Positions 27,418 through 41,662 of a stretch of DNA of 64,000 nt are shown here, piece after piece. The DNA lies in NCBI GenBank assembly GCA_963829055.1, contig CAWHHI010000008.1:352001-416000 (forward strand), written 5' to 3'. The position numbers and the translations under genes are program-made. The notes under the pieces are model-generated. The model was not told the origin of the DNA. It was given only the letters and a program-made list of their open reading frames with translations, and did not search any database. Position 1 is the stretch's first letter; every line of letters starts with the position of its first letter. The stretch is from an uncultured Gemmatimonadaceae bacterium. GTDB lineage: Bacteria > Gemmatimonadota > Gemmatimonadetes > Gemmatimonadales > Gemmatimonadaceae.

Positions 27418-28472
27418 GCGGGGACGTATCGCCACCGCATCGTTACCAGTGACCTCGAAGCGATCGGCGGAACTCAGCTTCCGTGGGAGCTGCTCGATGG
27501 AGCAACGGTGGCGATTACCGGCGCGTCCGGGCTCGTTGCATCATATCTCGCCGAGGCGCTGCTCTTTCGAAATGAATCGTATGGTTCGCGAATTCGGGTG
27601 GTCGCGGCCGTTCGCAATCCGTCGGCTGCGCGCGAGCGGTTCTCCGCGTACCGTGGACGCGACGACATAGAGATCGTAGAGCATGACGCCGCCGGGCCAC
27701 TCGAATACGTTGGACGCATTAACTATCTCGTGCACGCAGCCGGCAATGCGACCCCGAGCTCCTTTGGCCGCGACCCAATCGGCACCTACGCGCCTAACGT
27801 CGTCGGGACTCACCATTTGATGCAGCGAGCGCATGCAGACGCGCTCGGCAGCGGTGCTCTTTCTGAGCAGCGGGGCGGTTCATGGTGCTCTTGCCCCTGA
27901 TGCCCCGATCTTGCGGGAGGATGTTTATGGAATTGTCGATCCGCTCGACCCTCGAGCGAGTTATGCCGAGTCCAAACGCATGGGAGAGACGATCTGCCGA
28001 AGCTGGTGGGTGCAGCATGGAGTGCCCGTGCGGATGGCGCGCCTAGGGCACACCTACGGCCCCGGGATGCGGCGCTCGGACGAGCGCGCGTTCGCCCAGT
28101 TCGTCTTCAGTGCGATCGACGGGAAGGACATCGTATTGAACAGCGACGGCTCGGCAGTTCGCCCGTACTGCTATCTTGCCGACGCCACTGCTGCATTACT
28201 TCGGGTGCTACTCGTTGGCTCCAACGGAGAGGCATACCTGGTCGCAAACACGTCGGCCTCGTGCTCGATCCGTGAGCTGGCGGATCTGGTTGCGAGCCTC
28301 GCACCGACACCGATCAGCGTACGGCGCGCTACAGCCGCTCCGCCGGCCGAGTACTTGCCCAATCGGGACCCGGCGCACCCGCTCGATATCTCGAAAATAC
28401 GTGCGCTCGGCTGGGAGCCACGCACGGGCCTCCGTGAAGGGTTCCGTCAAGACGATCGAGAGTTACCAATGA
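27414..28472 (+). CDS. NAD-dependent epimerase/dehydratase (frameshifted)
   Basis: ITGASGLVASY, PRASYAESKRMGE, DGSAVRPYCY. Confidence 0.85.
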
Positions 28473-29402
28473 CTGCTCGCCCCAGTGACCTGCGCCAGCA
28501 ATACCTGAGTGGAGCGCTCGACAAGCATGAGTACGCGCGTCGGATCGGCGAGCACCACCTAACGCTGCGGGACCTGGCGGGGTTGCTGAAGGGATCGGAC
28601 ATTTCAACGATCGAGTTGAGTGCTGACGGAGTAACATTTGTCAGCCGCTTTGGTGGGGCGCGATTTCCGTGCGACCCTGTGGATCGCGGGCTTCCGCCCG
28701 TTGTTGCACTCAACTTCGGCAGCTACGAGTCGAAGGACTTCGAGATGCTGCTGGCGCTCGTGCCACGCGGCGCGACGTTCGTCGATGTCGGAGCGAACAT
28801 CGGTTGGTATTCAGTGCACGTCGCGGTCGCCGATCCTACCGCGCGCGCAATCGCGATCGAGCCAATTCCGAGCTCATTTCGCTGGCTCTCCGCGGCGGTC
28901 GCCGCAAACGCCCTACCTAACGTGATAACGATCGAATGTAGCGGTGGGCGCAGAACGCGGTGAGTTGACGCTCTTCGTGGATGCGACGATCTCCGGCGCG
29001 GCGTCAGCGGCTCCGTCAACCGGTCCGTCAGGCCTCGAACAGGTAACGTGTCCCGTCGTCACAATTGATGACGTCGTCGCCGAACACGGTGGCCGAGCCG
29101 ACGTTCTGAAGCTCGATATCGAGGGCGCGGAGCTTTTCGCACTCCGCGGCGCAGCGAGCGTTCTCGCGATGCAACGTCCGATTGTCTTCTGCGAGATGCT
29201 CCGAAAGCTCGCGCGGCCGTTCGGCTACCACCCGAACGACATTATCACTCTCATGCGCGGACACGGCTACGATTGCTACCGGGCGGATGGGGTCGACTCA
29301 TTCCATTCGAGTCAATGGACGACGAAACGATCGAGACGAACTTCTACTTTCTGCACCAGGATGCTCACGCGCACGAGCGCGCAAAGTTCGTCAGTTCGCT
29401 GA
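28469..29402 (+). CDS. FkbM-family methyltransferase (frameshifted)
   Basis: FVDVGANIGWYS, LKLDIEGAELFALRGA. Confidence 0.88.
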
Positions 29403-29415
29403 GCAGGTCGTTGCC

Positions 29416-30380
29416 TCAGAAGTTCAGTCGTTCGAGTTCGTGGACTAGCGGCCGGTTCTTCACATAGGTGTAGATCGGCGCCCACGTATTCGCCGACGAC
29501 GCCGATGAAGATCAACTGAATTGCGGAGAGGAAGAAGAAGCCAATCACCATCGGCGCGATCCCAAGATTGAAGCTGTTCCAAAGCGCAATCTTCGCGACC
29601 AGGTAGCCGAAACCAACCAGCATGCTCAGGACGGCGCCGTCGCCACTCCGGTGAGAGTTGCCATGCGAAGCGGGATCTTCGAGTGGTTGACGATTCCCTG
29701 GAACGCGACGTCGAATAGTTCGTACGTGCTGATCTTGCTCTTGCCGGCTCGCCGCACTTCCTGACGGTAGGGGATCTTCACGCCTTGTAGCCCGTTTCCG
29801 CGACGAGCCCGCGAAAGAACGGGTACGGGTCCGCGATCTGGCGGAGCGAGGATGATGCGTTGGTCGTAGATGCCGAAGCCGGTCGCCTGATGAACGACCT
29901 CTACGTCGGCGACCTTCGCCAACCATCGATAGTACGTGTCGCGCACTTTGTACATGAACCAGTGTTCGTCGCTCTCGAGCTTGACGCCAAGTGCAATACG
30001 CGCTCCGGCGGCCCAAGCAGCCAGGAGTTGCGGAATCAGCGCGGGCGGGTCCTGAAAGTCGGCCCGATGCCAATGACTGCGTCGCCTCGTGCTTGCAACA
30101 GGCCATATACCGGTGACCGAATCGGGCCGAAGTTTCGCGTGTTGAGGATCACCTTCACAGCCGGGTCGGCAGCTGCCGAGCTCACGCAAGATCGCCGGCG
30201 TGCTGTCCGTCGATCCGTTATCGATGAACAAGTGCTCGTACCGATACGCTGGCAGACGGTCAATTCGCGCTTCACCGCGAGATAGATCTCGCGGACGTTA
30301 GGCTCCTCGTTGTAGCACGGAGTGACGACGGTAATGAGCGGATTCGACGATGGTTGGGGAGTTTGAGACTTGCAGCCCAC
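29416..30380 (-). CDS. GtrB/ArnC-like GT2 polyprenol-phosphate glycosyltransferase (frameshifted; start approximate)
   Basis: ITVVTPCYNEEPNV, FIDNGSTD, RNFG, DFQDPP, two C-terminal TM helices then GVVGEYVG. Confidence 0.85.
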
Positions 30381-30420
30381 GAAGGCGTTGTTCGCGATCG
30401 AAGTCGCGCTGTTTCGCGAT

Positions 30421-31769
30421 CTACAACGTCTTCCTGTGGGGCTGTTGGACCTGGAGCAACGCGAGTGGAAGGCTCTCGCGCCGATGACGAGTGCCGCGTA
30501 CCCTCCAACGGTGCGCTCGGCCGAGCGTCCGACAGCGACCGCAAATGTCCCCGCTGTCACGATCAGAGCGCCGTGATCGCGGTTTCCATGAGCGACTCTT
30601 CTCGCCACGCTCGAAGGTAGCTTCCGAAAGACTGAGTAAGCAGCCATGCAAGGTTGGTCGCACCGACGACGAGAGATCCACCGGGCCGGTAGCGCCCGCG
30701 ATGCGACCGTCGGAGACAGACCTCCGACGAACGACACAACGGCTGCCGCGGCGATAGCTCCGCAAGTTGCGACGGCCACCGCTTGGAGCGTTGCCCTCGT
30801 CGCGAGGCGACGGAGTTCGATTGCGCCGCCGCGCGAAAGCAACAAGGCAGTACTGTGGGTATCTCGCCCGCAGCCACGCAATACTGAGCAGTCTAGCGGT
30901 GCCGTGGCAATTGCGAACGTCATGCCTACCCGCCCCGCCGCGACGGCGCCCTGTGTCACTAGAACGATCGCGGTGACGCTCTGTGGCGCCACCCACCGGC
31001 GAGCCATGTCGCGCCTGTGCGCCACTGCACTTCACCGAGCCCACCGGTTCTCTCAGTGCCGTGCCGGACCTGCGAGCGGCCTTCGACGACCAAGCCTGGG
31101 TGGCGTAAGCGAAGCCATCCCCCGTTATCGACACCCACGCAAGCGAAAACGCGGGCAACACCCCACGGGGCACCCAGCCCAAGAATCGCAATCCAGAGCG
31201 CTCAGGGCGGAGACCCACGTCTGTAGGAGCTCGCATCCGTTGCACACGAAGTAGGCCGCCGCAGCCCTCGATTGCACACAGCGATGGAATGAGCGGCAGG
31301 TACGCAGCCGTGACACCGCACCGTGATGCAGCCACGGCAGCAAAGCTGGTCGCCCAACCTCGCCCGCCTGTGGGAAGATCAACGCGATACTCCCCAACCG
31401 CATCCAACGACACCTAACGTCAATGCAACGCGGCCGTACCAGCGCTGCCCATCGTGTATCGCACGATGACACGCGAGCGCAGCGATGCGGAGTCGCCGGC
31501 CAACCCGCCGCGAGCATTCCATCGAGGAAAGCGGATTCATGGCTCGCCACCTGCACCATAAGCGTCCCGACGCCGAGCTCCATGAGCTGCGTCAGCGCCT
31601 GCAGGTTCCAGAGAATGAAAAATACTCCCTGTTCGGCAGGCGGTCGTCTGGTCGCGACGAGCCAAAGCGTCACTGGCGCTGCGAGTAGGAGCGACAACCG
31701 CGTCAGGAGAACGAACGCAACAGCAAGATCAAAGTGCGCAGCGGCCCTGCCCCGCCATGACATTGTCAT
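30421..31769 (-). CDS. Multi-pass membrane protein, probable Wzx-like flippase (heavily frameshifted)
   Basis: EQGVFFILWNLQALTQLMELGVGTLMVQVASHE and many hydrophobic segments across frames; glycan operon context. Confidence 0.55.
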
Positions 31770-31818
31770 CGGATTTCTCGAGACCGACAGCTGAAAATCG
31801 CGATGCAATGGCTCTCGA

Positions 31819-33024
31819 CTAGTTGATCTCGTAGAGCGTGATAATAGCCCGGTCCTCGCCGAGCAACTCGCGAATCTGGCTGACGATTTCGGTCTGGAAC
31901 ACTCTTGAGAGAATCAAGATTGGCTCGCGTCTGCCTTGCAGTGCCGATGGTGCGACAATTGGTCGACCGGCCACGGTTCTTACCATGGTACTTGGTATTC
32001 GAGTCGACGAATGCTCGGATGGCCGCGTCTCCGCAGACGGGTCGTTGCCAGAAGTCGCGTTGCGTTGGTTCCGACGCCCCACACCACGATCGGCTGCTGC
32101 GATTCCACCAGCGCATCAATTCGCTCGTGAAGACGCCGCTCTTCGTCGGTACAAACGTTCAATGTATCGTTGCAACGCTGGCCCGGAGTCTCGATCTACG
32201 CCAAGCGACTCGGAATCTGCGCCGGTCAGTCGGAAGGCGGCCGAAACGTTGGACATGATTGTTCGGTGAGCCTGAATGCGATGGTTCTGTTCGAGGAATA
32301 GCGTTCGGAACGCATGTGCGGCAAAAAGGTTGGCCAATGACACGGGCGCGAAGAAGTTGATGTGTTCGACACTGAAATCTTGAAATGGCGCGTTAGGCCA
32401 GCGGACGAATTCGAGTGCGTTTGGAACTTCAACATAGACGATCCCGCCCGGCGACAGGATCGAACGCACGTGCCTCATGGCCTCCGCAAGGTCTCGGATG
32501 TGCTCGAGCACACCGACGAGAACGACGACATCGAACGTGTAGGGAAGAGCTGGAAATTGACCAAGGTGGCCCTGCAACACGTCGATACCGTGCAATCGCC
32601 GGGCGGTCTCGACGCAGGCAGGCGACGGGTCGAGACCAAGAACGTTCGGATACCCTCGCTCAGCGAGAAGGTAGAGCAGTCGGCCGGACGCGCATCCGAT
32701 ATCGAGGATACGAGAGTCGTTGCTGGGAACGAGCGGCCCGACGATATCGGCGATGACCTCCATACGAACCCGGTCGAACTCCGATTCCTCACCACTGCGC
32801 TGGTGATACTCGTACTTCGAGACGTCGCGATAGTAGTCGTCGAACTGTTGTTGGCTGGGAATGCCGTCGGCGTACGCGGCCCCACACCGCCCGCAAGTCA
32901 CCACATCGTATCCATTGACTATGCTGACGCCGTCGATGGGTTCGAACCGCTGATGAAAGAGCTTGGCTGCAGCGGCCGCTCCGCAAACTGGACATGGTCG
33001 AGGTGCAACGTGAGCGCTGTTCAA
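31819..33024 (-). CDS. Class I SAM methyltransferase with CxxC zinc ribbon and C-terminal Rossmann-like domain (frameshifted)
   Basis: CPVC..CGRC, ILDIGCASG, VLEHI, YVEVP, IVVWGVG..FVDSN. Confidence 0.85.
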
Positions 33025-34227
33025 TTTTCGTTCGCCCCGGCAACGCGCGCTCGGCCGGGATCGCGTAACACACGAGGTCCCATCCTTCTTCGTTGTACGG
33101 TCGCAGCACATATCGATAGTCGTCGACGATCGAATTGACCAGAAGCGGCAGACGCCAGAGGTGGTTCTGTCGGTGGTAGACACACATTGCGATTATCGGA
33201 CGATCCCGAGCGACGATAGCCCGGGCACCGGCGATCGCCTCAGGTTCAGCGCCTTCGATGTCCAGTTTAAGGAAACTGATCGATTTGTCGACGAAGAGCT
33301 CATCCAGCGGAACGCAAACCACGTCGTCCGGTAACTCGGGGCCGATCGCGGGGACTAGCACGGCACTCACTGAACCACTCTGCGCGATTCGCATCCGTGC
33401 GCGCTCGGAGTACGCGGCCAGCGGCAAAGTGGTTATGCGTTGCCGCACTTCACGTCGGCAACTCAGCAACGTAACGTTCAAGGGCGGCGAAATTCGACAG
33501 GATCTGGCTCGAGGGCGACGTACTCTTCGCCGACACGGTCCGGCAGCGACTACGCTGCGCAGCGTGTCCCCGTCGTAGGCACCGCCGTCAACGAATACCT
33601 CGCGATCCTTCGGGGCGAACACAGCCTGACGCGAGGTATTGGGGTTCAGGAGTCGGGATGTGGCAATGCTTCAAGGTCCGCCAGCAGGCGAAACCGCAAC
33701 TGCGCTACGAATTCGCTTCGCGACCGAACATCGCTTAGCAGAGCGTATGCACGTCCTGATGTCGCTTGCTTCCTCCAGCACGCAATGAGGAAGGTCCAAG
33801 CAATAGTGCGGTAGCATCACGTCTGCGTATTTCCAACCGAGCACCGCCATCGGCGCGACGTAGGTGCAGCCAAGTTCAGATAGCTGCCGCCGAGATTGTT
33901 CGTAGCGATGCGTGCCTCCAGCGCGCCAGATCGTCACGACGAACGTCGCCGACTTGCCGAATCGGCCGCGGCTTCGCGTGGCGAATAGAACGGGCACGCC
34001 GTCGAGCGTGGTGCCCCACAACGATTCTGCATTGTCGACGAATGCGATCGGCAGGACCACCCTACCTGCCGAAGCCCGTGCAGCGTGCGACGTCCTAGCC
34101 GACCAGCGCCGAACAGTACGATCGAAAGGCTCCCTGGGGCGCTCGCACTATCGAACGCCGACGCCTCTCGACGTACGCAGTCCTCAACGGATTCGGATAG
34201 CAGCAGGTCGAGTGCCTCACTCGGCAC
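33021..34227 (-). CDS. FkbM-family methyltransferase with N-terminal GAGxxG domain (frameshifted)
   Basis: LFGAGRLG; FVDGGAYDGDT; LKLDIEGAE; CVYH. Confidence 0.85.
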
Positions 34228-34257
34228 GCGTGGATGATGATTTGACGTGCTGCAAGC

Positions 34258-35119
34258 CTACCAACAGGACTTACCTCCATCGACGATCAGGTTGGAACCG
34301 GTCATGAACGATGATGCGTCAGAGCAGAGAAACAGGATCGCTCCCTGATACTCGTCTGCGCGTGCCATCCGAGCGAGCGGAATTCTTTCGGCCGCGAGCG
34401 CCAGGAAGGCGATGATCCTGGCCGTTCTCGATTCCGCCAACGGTTATCGAGTTGACCCTGACCCCAGCAGTTGCCCAGTAGGTCGCCAAGTAGCGAGTCA
34501 TTCCAAGTAGGCCACTTTTTACCACGGAGTACGAGATCGGTTTGACGGGCTGTTCGTCCTCCGGGACACCGTCTATGTCGGTAGATGCGCTGATCGGGCG
34601 CGATGACACCGTACTCCGACGCGATATTCACGATGACTACCAAACCCTCGACGCGCCATTTCCCTGCCGATGATCTGACTGCAGAGAAACGCGCCGGTAA
34701 GCCCCACCGCGAGGTCGGCGTTCCATTGATCAAGGGAAAACCGCTCGAGCCGCGAGAAGGTGACTGACGTGTCTATCCTCCACTTTGGGATTGTTCGCGG
34801 CGTTGTTGATGAGGATGTCAACCTTGCCCATGCCGTTCATGATCGCGGCGAGCCAAGCGCTTCGACGTGAGCGGGACGCGTGATGTCCGCCGTGAAACGC
34901 CCAGGCATCGACACCGAATCGGTCGGCACATCCCGGGCGACCGACTCGGCCGCTTCGAGGACAATGTCGACGATGATCGGGATGCCGCCGGCGGCCGCGA
35001 TCACCTCCGCGTGCTTAGGCCCGAGCAGGCCACCACCGCCGGCAATGACGGCGACTCGACCCGAGAGATCGAAAAGACTCGTTAGGGTAAGCTGTGGCCC
35101 TGTCGTTAGGAGTTGTCAT
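34258..35119 (-). CDS. SDR oxidoreductase (frameshifted)
   Basis: [30 protein letters not shown]. Confidence 0.85.
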
Positions 35120-36202
35120 GCGACCGGGACAGCCTGTACGCGTGGTCATTGACTCGCGGACGGCATCTGCCACACGGACTGCAGCAATGCCATCGTTCAG
35201 CGTGACCACGGGCGATCGGCGAGTGCGCCGCGCGTCCAGGAAGTCCTCCATTTGTGCCAGGAATAGACTGTTTCGCTCGAACATGTCGACGGTCACCAAC
35301 TCGGAGACCTCGCCCGCCGCGTCCGCGGATCTCAAGGCGATTGGCGCGCAGATCGAGATCAGCCGAACCTTGCATCGCAGAGAACCTGGCATGTCCGCCT
35401 TGGGGGCCGCCGCAAGTAGTCCATCTGCAGATGGACTGGGAACCTCCGTTTCAGTGTCCCACAGGCCATCAGGATGCTTGCCACGTCCTCGACGTCGAGT
35501 TCGAGAGAGCTGAGCTTGCCACCAACAGCGAACAGACGCTTCGGCGCTCCGAACAGCCACTGGAGGTAGTCCAAGTCGTGAATGAGTGTGAGAACAACGC
35601 CACCACCGAGCGATCGCTGAGCCGCGTAGCTCGTTCCGTAGTCTTCGTATGGGTGGAAGCCCGGAAGATATTCCCCCACTTCTGCCCGCACGGCGATCGC
35701 ACGGCCCAATTGCGCGGATCGAAGAACCTCGTGCAGTCGCTTGAGCGCAGGATGGAATCGAAGCTGACTGCTTACACTAGCAACGATCCCACGCTCCTCG
35801 ACCGCCGCCACCAATACTTCGACGCCGCGCATCGAATCCGAAACAGGTTTCTCGAGAAACAGGTCACAGCCAGCCATCGCGCATAGGATCGCGGTCTCGA
35901 GGTGTTGGCTCGTCGGATTGCAGATCCACGCCGCATGCGGACGGCGCTCGAGAGCCTCAGGAAGCGAATCGAACGATTCGATTCCGTACTCGTCCTCAGG
36001 GCGTTGTGCGCTGTTCAATTCCATTCCGTCGGAAAGCACAGGATGCAGACCGCTTCACCCGGTAGGCAGTCAACCTCACCTGGTCGCCAAGCAGCTTTCG
36101 AAGATTGCGCGCATGACGTTGACCTATGGAGCCAAGACCAACGATCAAGACACACAGCCGTCGGTCACCCCCCAGAAGAACCGTGTCCGACCGGTGACTC
36201 AT
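35116..36202 (-). CDS. Gfo/Idh/MocA oxidoreductase (frameshifted)
   Basis: IVGLGSIGQRH, FLEKP, GGGVVLTLIHDLDY. Confidence 0.88.
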
Positions 36203-38017
36203 TCTTCGATCGGCGGCACGATCATGTTCGCGCGAAATTCTTCGCGGTCGAGAAACGGCCACAGGTCTTCGAGCGGTTTCGATACCATTGACCCATCCGG
36301 GCGTCGAGCGCTTGCGAGGCTCGGTGCACGTGGCTCTTCCGGCGGAGACAAGATCTCACACACGATGGGGCCCGTCGTGCTCGAGGACCTCGCGAATCCG
36401 TTCTCGCAGTCTGATCGTGATTTCCGATCTGGGCAGTCGGTAACCCATACGCCTCGGCGACCCGACGGATGTCCGGGAGCGTCACGCCACTCGTGCCATC
36501 GGCTCCGCATAGGCGCCCGAAATAACGGTTCTGAGAGGTGCGAATAGATGCGTAGCCATCGTTGTTGAGGACGAATATTTTTATCGGTAGGCGCAGCCGG
36601 GAAATGGTCTCAAGCTCCTGGATGTTGAGTTGAATCCCGCCATCACCGTCAACGAGAATCGTTCGGCGTCCGTTAGCCGCCAAGCACGCTCCAATGGCAT
36701 GCTGGCAGCCCATACCCCATCGCTCCCAAGGCTGTCGTCAGGACGATGCGCTGACCGTGGTTTCGCGTCTAGTGCCAACAGGAAGATCTCGATGCCAGCG
36801 CCCGAACTGCCCGAGACGATCACTTCTCCCATCCTCTGTCTCAGCAGATAGCGCTTCGGCGAAGACGTAGGTGCTCACACGATCCGTCAGGTCCCGATAC
36901 TCCGGACAGCACGACCGGGTACCGCGCCTTCCACTCGCGGCACCGAGCGAGCCAATCGGTTCGCGCAGGCAAGACACCCTCCGGCAGCTGCTCCAACATT
37001 TCTCGCAGAAAGTCCCGGGCATCATAACGCGCCGCGATCGCCACGTGCGGTCGCATGCGATCGAGCTCCGACGCATCGATATCGATCATGATCTTGTGCG
37101 CCGAACGAGCGAACTTCTCAGGAGCGTATCCCGTCATGACGAGATCAAGTCGCGCGCCGATCGACAGCATCCAGTCGGCGTTCTGAAGAGCGAAGTTCGC
37201 TCCGCGTGGCGCGACAGGTCCTGGCCGGCCCACACAAAGCGGATGCGTGTCAGCGACCATGTCGTGACTCAACCATGTCTTCAGCACCGGAATGCCCAAC
37301 CGCTCTATGGTTTCGGCAATTTCGGTTTTGCGCCCCGGCGAGCCTCACCCCGTTTCCGAATAGCAGGATCGGCCTGGCCGCGTTCCGCAACGATTCGAAT
37401 CGTGTCGCGAACAATGCGCGAAAGATCGGCCTTCGTTTCCAGTCGTGTCGACGATTCGACCTCTCGCCGGATCGAACGACGACAGTGTCTGTTCATCGAC
37501 CATCGCTCCTTGGACGTCGAGTGGGATATCAATCCACACTGGCCCGGGCCGGCCAGTTCGTGCGAGGTACGCCGCCTTCTCGAGGTGGTATCGAATCGTG
37601 GACGGATCCGCTACCGTGACGGCATACTTGGTGATCGGCGCAACGATCGGCGACGATGTCGACCTCCTGCACGCCAAGTTGCCTAACGCCCGTGTCGGCC
37701 TTGAGGTCAGCGCGCTTCACCTGACCCGACACAAAAATGGTTGGTGTCGAGTCCAAGAACGCTCCGGCAACGCCCGTTACAGCGTTCGTACCGCCTGGCC
37801 CCGTGGTGACGAGCGCCGCTCCGAGCCCGGCGATCTTTCCGTAGGTCTCGGCCGCCATGGCGCTCGCCTGTTCGTGGAGATTGCACACGAAGGTCAGACC
37901 CGTACATTGACCGACGGAATCATTCAAGTGCATCGCACCGCCACCGGTGACCATGAAAATATGGCGCACCCCTAGGTCGGCAATGAATCGGACGACGTAG
38001 TCGGAAAGCTTGATCAT
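36199..38017 (-). CDS. ThDP-dependent acetolactate-synthase-like enzyme, copy 1 (YerE-like context; frameshifted)
   Basis: FMVTGGGAMHLND, HEQA, TTGPGGTN, GDGGIQLNIQEL..NNDGY. Confidence 0.9.
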
Positions 38018-38077
38018 GCCTCGAAGCTGAACTGGACGGTTGAGTCGCCTGGGGCTCGGTCGGTGTGGCACGACCAT

Positions 38078-40460
38078 TTACGAGGACGGAGAGATTGCTC
38101 TTACTGTGATGCCGGTAGTCTCGTTTCGAATGTCTGGGATGTGCATCTCCGATGCGTAACTCACCAAGCGTCCGTCGACATCGACGATTGGAAGAACCCG
38201 TGTTCGCCCTCGCAAGCGCAACCGAATTTCTTCAGGCGACATTCCCGCGCGCGCGAAGGAAAACGTTCGCGTCATGATGTCGGCGATGGGCGTATGCAGA
38301 TTCGCGCCTCGGACGATCGCCGAGCGAATATCGCCATCCGTGGCGACACCGGTAACAACTCGGGTTTCGTCGACGACGAACGCGATTCCCATTCGATTCC
38401 GATCAATCGCCTGAAGCACTGCGAGGACGGTTGCGTCGCCGGCAACAGTAAGCGCCTCGAGCTCACGTCGCCCGTCGCCATCGGACCCTCGACCCAATAC
38501 CTTCCCCGCCCACACCAGTTCGGTAAGGCGCTCAAGGCCGATGCGGAATCCGCGTCCACCGCGATGATGCCCCATCCAGATCTCAGGAATCAGCGTGGGT
38601 CGCGCCGTGAGCAGGACAGGCATGACCTCGATGAAATTCACGTCGCCTTCGCCGATTTGCAGCCCTTCACCGCCCGTGCCGGCGGCATCGGAAACATGAA
38701 GATGCCTAACGAATGGCGTCACGCGCGCGGCAAAATCGGCAAGACTTGCGCCGGTGCGATTGCACGCGAGCGCCGCATGCGAGACGTCGAAGCAGAGCCC
38801 GAGCCCGGAAAGTTGGCAAAGCTCGACCGTATCGTCCGCATCGACGAGAACATGCCCGAACCATTTGCCTCCGAAGTACCACGGAAAGGGCGGCAGATTC
38901 TCCAAAAGCAAGTCGACGCCACGGTGGTCTAGGCGCCGGAGCGAATCCAGTAGTCGTTCACGAGCCTCGGCGCCAGGATACTCGCCTGGACGAGGAGCCA
39001 TACCGCCGACATGCATGACGATTTTCGGTCCACGCGGCGAGGCGCGGAAATGCGAGACCATCTCTCGCGCAAGGTCGATAGTCCTCTGGATCCGGGCGAT
39101 CGACATCTCGCGCTGTGCACTATCCTTGGCGCAGAGATCGATTAACGCGTCGTGGCAGTATTCCGGCGCGTGAACCACCAGTTCGTACGGGTAGTCGCCA
39201 CGCTCGAAGCCCGCGACGCCCGACATCCAAATCACGATCGCTAACATGAAACTCGATGAATGAGGGGCCGTCGGCGGTAAAGCCGCGGAGCAGTTCCGCG
39301 ACGTCCGTGAATCGGGCCACGATTCCCCACGAAGTGCCGACGTCGATGGGACGGTTTATTTGCTTCGTCAATGCTTCGGATAGATCGTCGTCCACAAATG
39401 GATCGTCGCGGTGGACCGATCGAGAGATCCGACGCCCAACCAACTGTTCAACGTACTGCGGCGACAGACCCATGCCCGGCGATTTGCTCGCGACCATTGA
39501 GCGAGTGATCACCGTGTCGGCTGGAATATCCATCCGAGCGACTAGGCTCTTACCCAGAGTCCGCCGGTTAAGAATCTCACCACGAGTCATCCACCGGTGA
39601 GGAACACCGAGTGACGTCTTCCACCTCACGCACGGCGCGAACCTGGGCGGCAAACTCACTTGGAGTGAGGCTTGCCGCGTGATCCGGGCCGCGCATCCCT
39701 TTATCGAGCGTTAGGTGTCGCTCCAGAAGATTTGCGCCGAGGGCAACCGCTGCGAGAGAAATCGCGATGCCGGTGTCGTGCCCGGAGTAGCCAACGGGCC
39801 ACCCCGACCAATCTCGAAGCGACCGCATGAACCGCAGGTTGATTTCCTCAGCCGCCGCAGGGTACGTGCTCACACAATGGAACAAGGCGCACTCGGCGTC
39901 CCGATCCGCCAAGAAGGCCAGCGTTCGACGAATCTCCTCCTCTGTCGACATTCCCGTCGAGACCATCACCGGCTTTCCGGTCTGCAAGGACATGGTCAAT
40001 GCAGGATAAAATTGGTCATGTCCGGTGAGCCGATCTTGTACGCTGGGACGCCTAGACGTCTCCAGGAAATCGACGCTACGCGTGTCCCAAGGCGTGCACA
40101 GAAACGTGATCTCACGACTCTCGCAGTAGCGCTGGAGGTCGACGAACTCTCCGTCGGAAAGCTCGAACTCGACGAGGATCGGCACGAGGTATTGCAGTGC
40201 CTGTTCTCCAAGCCGAGGCTCCGCGAGAATACGCTCCTGATAGACCTCGCTGAGTTTGCGTTTCTGAAACTTGACGGCGTCGGCGCCTGCCTCTACGGCA
40301 GCGTCGACCAGCTTTCTTCGCGAGTGCGAGGTCGCCGTTGTGATTGATGCCAGCTTCGGCGATGATGTAGCACGGCTCGTTAGGCCCGATTCGACGATCT
40401 CCGATCCGAATGTGTGCGCGACTGGTCACGGGTATCGAGGAGGGGTGTCTTGCCAATGTG
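38078..40460 (-). CDS. NeuB-like synthase fused to SAF, xylose-isomerase-like TIM barrel and CBS domains (frameshifted; start approximate)
   Basis: IIAEAGINHNG, HCVSTYP, GYSGH, ERHLTLD; GKSLVA..KSPGMG; LLENLPPFPW..FDVSHA..HLHVSDA; TDGDIRSA..LPIVD. Confidence 0.8.
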
Positions 40461-41662
40461 TCATATGCATGTACCACGATGCGGTACGGCGGAATGCGTC
40501 GTGCAATTGAGCTCGCTGCGGCACGCTGAAACTCAGCTCTGCGAGTTGTCGACGGGACATATCCATGCGGTAACGCTCCGGGAAGCGCTGTCTGCGACTT
40601 CGATCCCGACGTCCCGGCGAACGCACCGCCGGCCGGCAGGGCTGTGCGATCGTCCAGCGCCAGCACTGAGACCTACCATCTACAGATACGATCGAAGTGC
40701 AGTCTCGTCTCTACGTGTGCGAATCGGCCGTGGTCGGGGCGGCTTCCAATGAAGTTACCAACACGGCAAGGTGGGCATGGATCGGCAGATGCGAGCATGC
40801 AAACGCGTAACCTCTCGCGGCAGGCGCTGATATCCGACCCGAGGTCGCCTCAGTTCCAACAGGTCAACGTCCGGCAGTTGCCTCGCGTAGACGGCCGCTG
40901 GTAACGAACATGAATCGGCAGACTTCCGCCTGCTTGCCAAACGGCGGCACCCCCGCCGAGGAGTGTCAACATGATTCTACCATGTGACGCGAGTCACTTT
41001 CATGGCAGCTGTCGAGTGAATCTGCAGCGACGCACCACAATCAAACGGCCCGGCGGCATCGCCCCAAGTGGCGGACGTCACCCTTCAGATGGATTGAGAA
41101 TAGCCGGGCAGTGCTTCACCCGGTTGGCGACGCCAATCTTCATTCACAGACCGTCGGGCGGTGGGGTTGAAACGTAAGCGCCGACGCGGGAGCTGTTAGG
41201 GCACTGCCGTGCAATCCGATGGCACGCTGCTCACGACTCTTTTCGAAGTTGCTGTAGCTCGGAGGTGTCGGGCGAGTGTCTCCTCGAGAGCGGGCGAGTC
41301 TTTGAAATGGCGGTCTTTCGACCGGCGAAGCGAGATGCGACTTCGGCATCACGGTATCGAAGCCGACGAACACGACGCGTCCAACGGACTGGCTGCCAAA
41401 GTAGCGAGTCATGCTCGAGCTCCTGTGGACGGAACTCGTGGCGGCACCTGCCGTACCAGCGGTGAATCCTCTGCCGATGAAGGGCTCGTGGTGTGACACG
41501 TTAGGTCTGTCGGGGCCGTGAGCTCAAGACTGCACACAAGTTGGCCGCTCTGCTCCGCAGCACCGGCGGCGAAACAGGCACCGTGACTACGATCAAGGTG
41601 CGGGGTAGACAACCACTGCGATCATGACAGGTCAGTCACAACTGGCACCGAACGGTCTCGAC

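Noticed and set aside
40470..41660. About 1.2 kb gene-poor stretch as a possible ncRNA or hidden gene
   Set aside because: No convincing ORF, repeat or fold found by eye; a covariance-model and tBLASTx search would be needed
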